Assembly (NCBI GenBank): GCA_950097015.1
Contig: CATNEN010000038.1
Location: 34,348,001-34,412,000 of the forward strand
Direction: 5' to 3'
DNA from: Macrostomum hystrix
Lineage: Eukaryota; Animalia; Platyhelminthes
Length of the DNA: 64,000 nucleotides
Both the position numbers and the translations under genes were made by a program. Below, in pieces: positions 63,800 to 64,000 of this stretch (its first letter is position 1; the number at the start of each line of letters is the position of its first letter). The notes under the pieces were generated by a model. The model was not told where the DNA came from. It ran no database searches and saw nothing but the letters and a program-made list of their open reading frames with translations.

Positions 63800-64000
63800 G
63801 TCTGTCCGACAAGATAAGTACAGGATGGTCAGATAAGAGTGATACTGGCAATCAGGATGTTCAGATAATAGTGATACTGGTAGTCAGGATGGTCAGATGA
63901 GAGTGATACTGGCGGACAGGATGGTCAGATAAGAGTGATACTGGCAGTCAGGATGGTCAGATAATAGTGATACTGGCAGACAGGATGGTCAGATAAGAGT
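63800..64000. repeat. 32-bp minisatellite (CAGGATGGTCAGATAAGAGTGATACTGGCAGT), running off the window end
   Basis: Read directly. Confidence 0.9.

Overview
Intron-rich animal genomic DNA, with GC-rich exons, AT-rich spacers and an extreme density of locus-specific minisatellites. The style suggests a free-living flatworm such as Macrostomum; this is an inference, not a database match. Ten protein-coding genes can be assembled by hand from splice sites with consistent intron phases. On the + strand: the 3' part of importin-7, EED/ESC, SEC22, a NAK-family kinase (AAK1/BMP2K), a small secreted Gly/His/Tyr/Asp-repeat protein, a 4-exon ankyrin-repeat/caspase fusion, an orphan rhodopsin-type GPCR and CCAR1. 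On the - strand: a truncated Cys-loop receptor-like gene and a fibrinogen-related protein. Mobile DNA comprises a hAT-type MITE with an 8-bp TSD, a solo LTR with a 4-bp TSD and two tRNA-derived SINE families. The strongest candidate for an undescribed system is the ~1063-aa protein in which ~20 ankyrin repeats, built from duplicated phase-2 exons, replace the death-fold prodomain of an apparently active caspase-8-like protease. It lies in an accessory block with a secreted lectin-like FReP. Other notable items: an EED with a Tyr-to-Cys change in its methyl-lysine cage, a solo LTR carrying a dense AP-1/Grainyhead/SRF/MEF2 site cluster, and a minisatellite made from a SINE A-box head.
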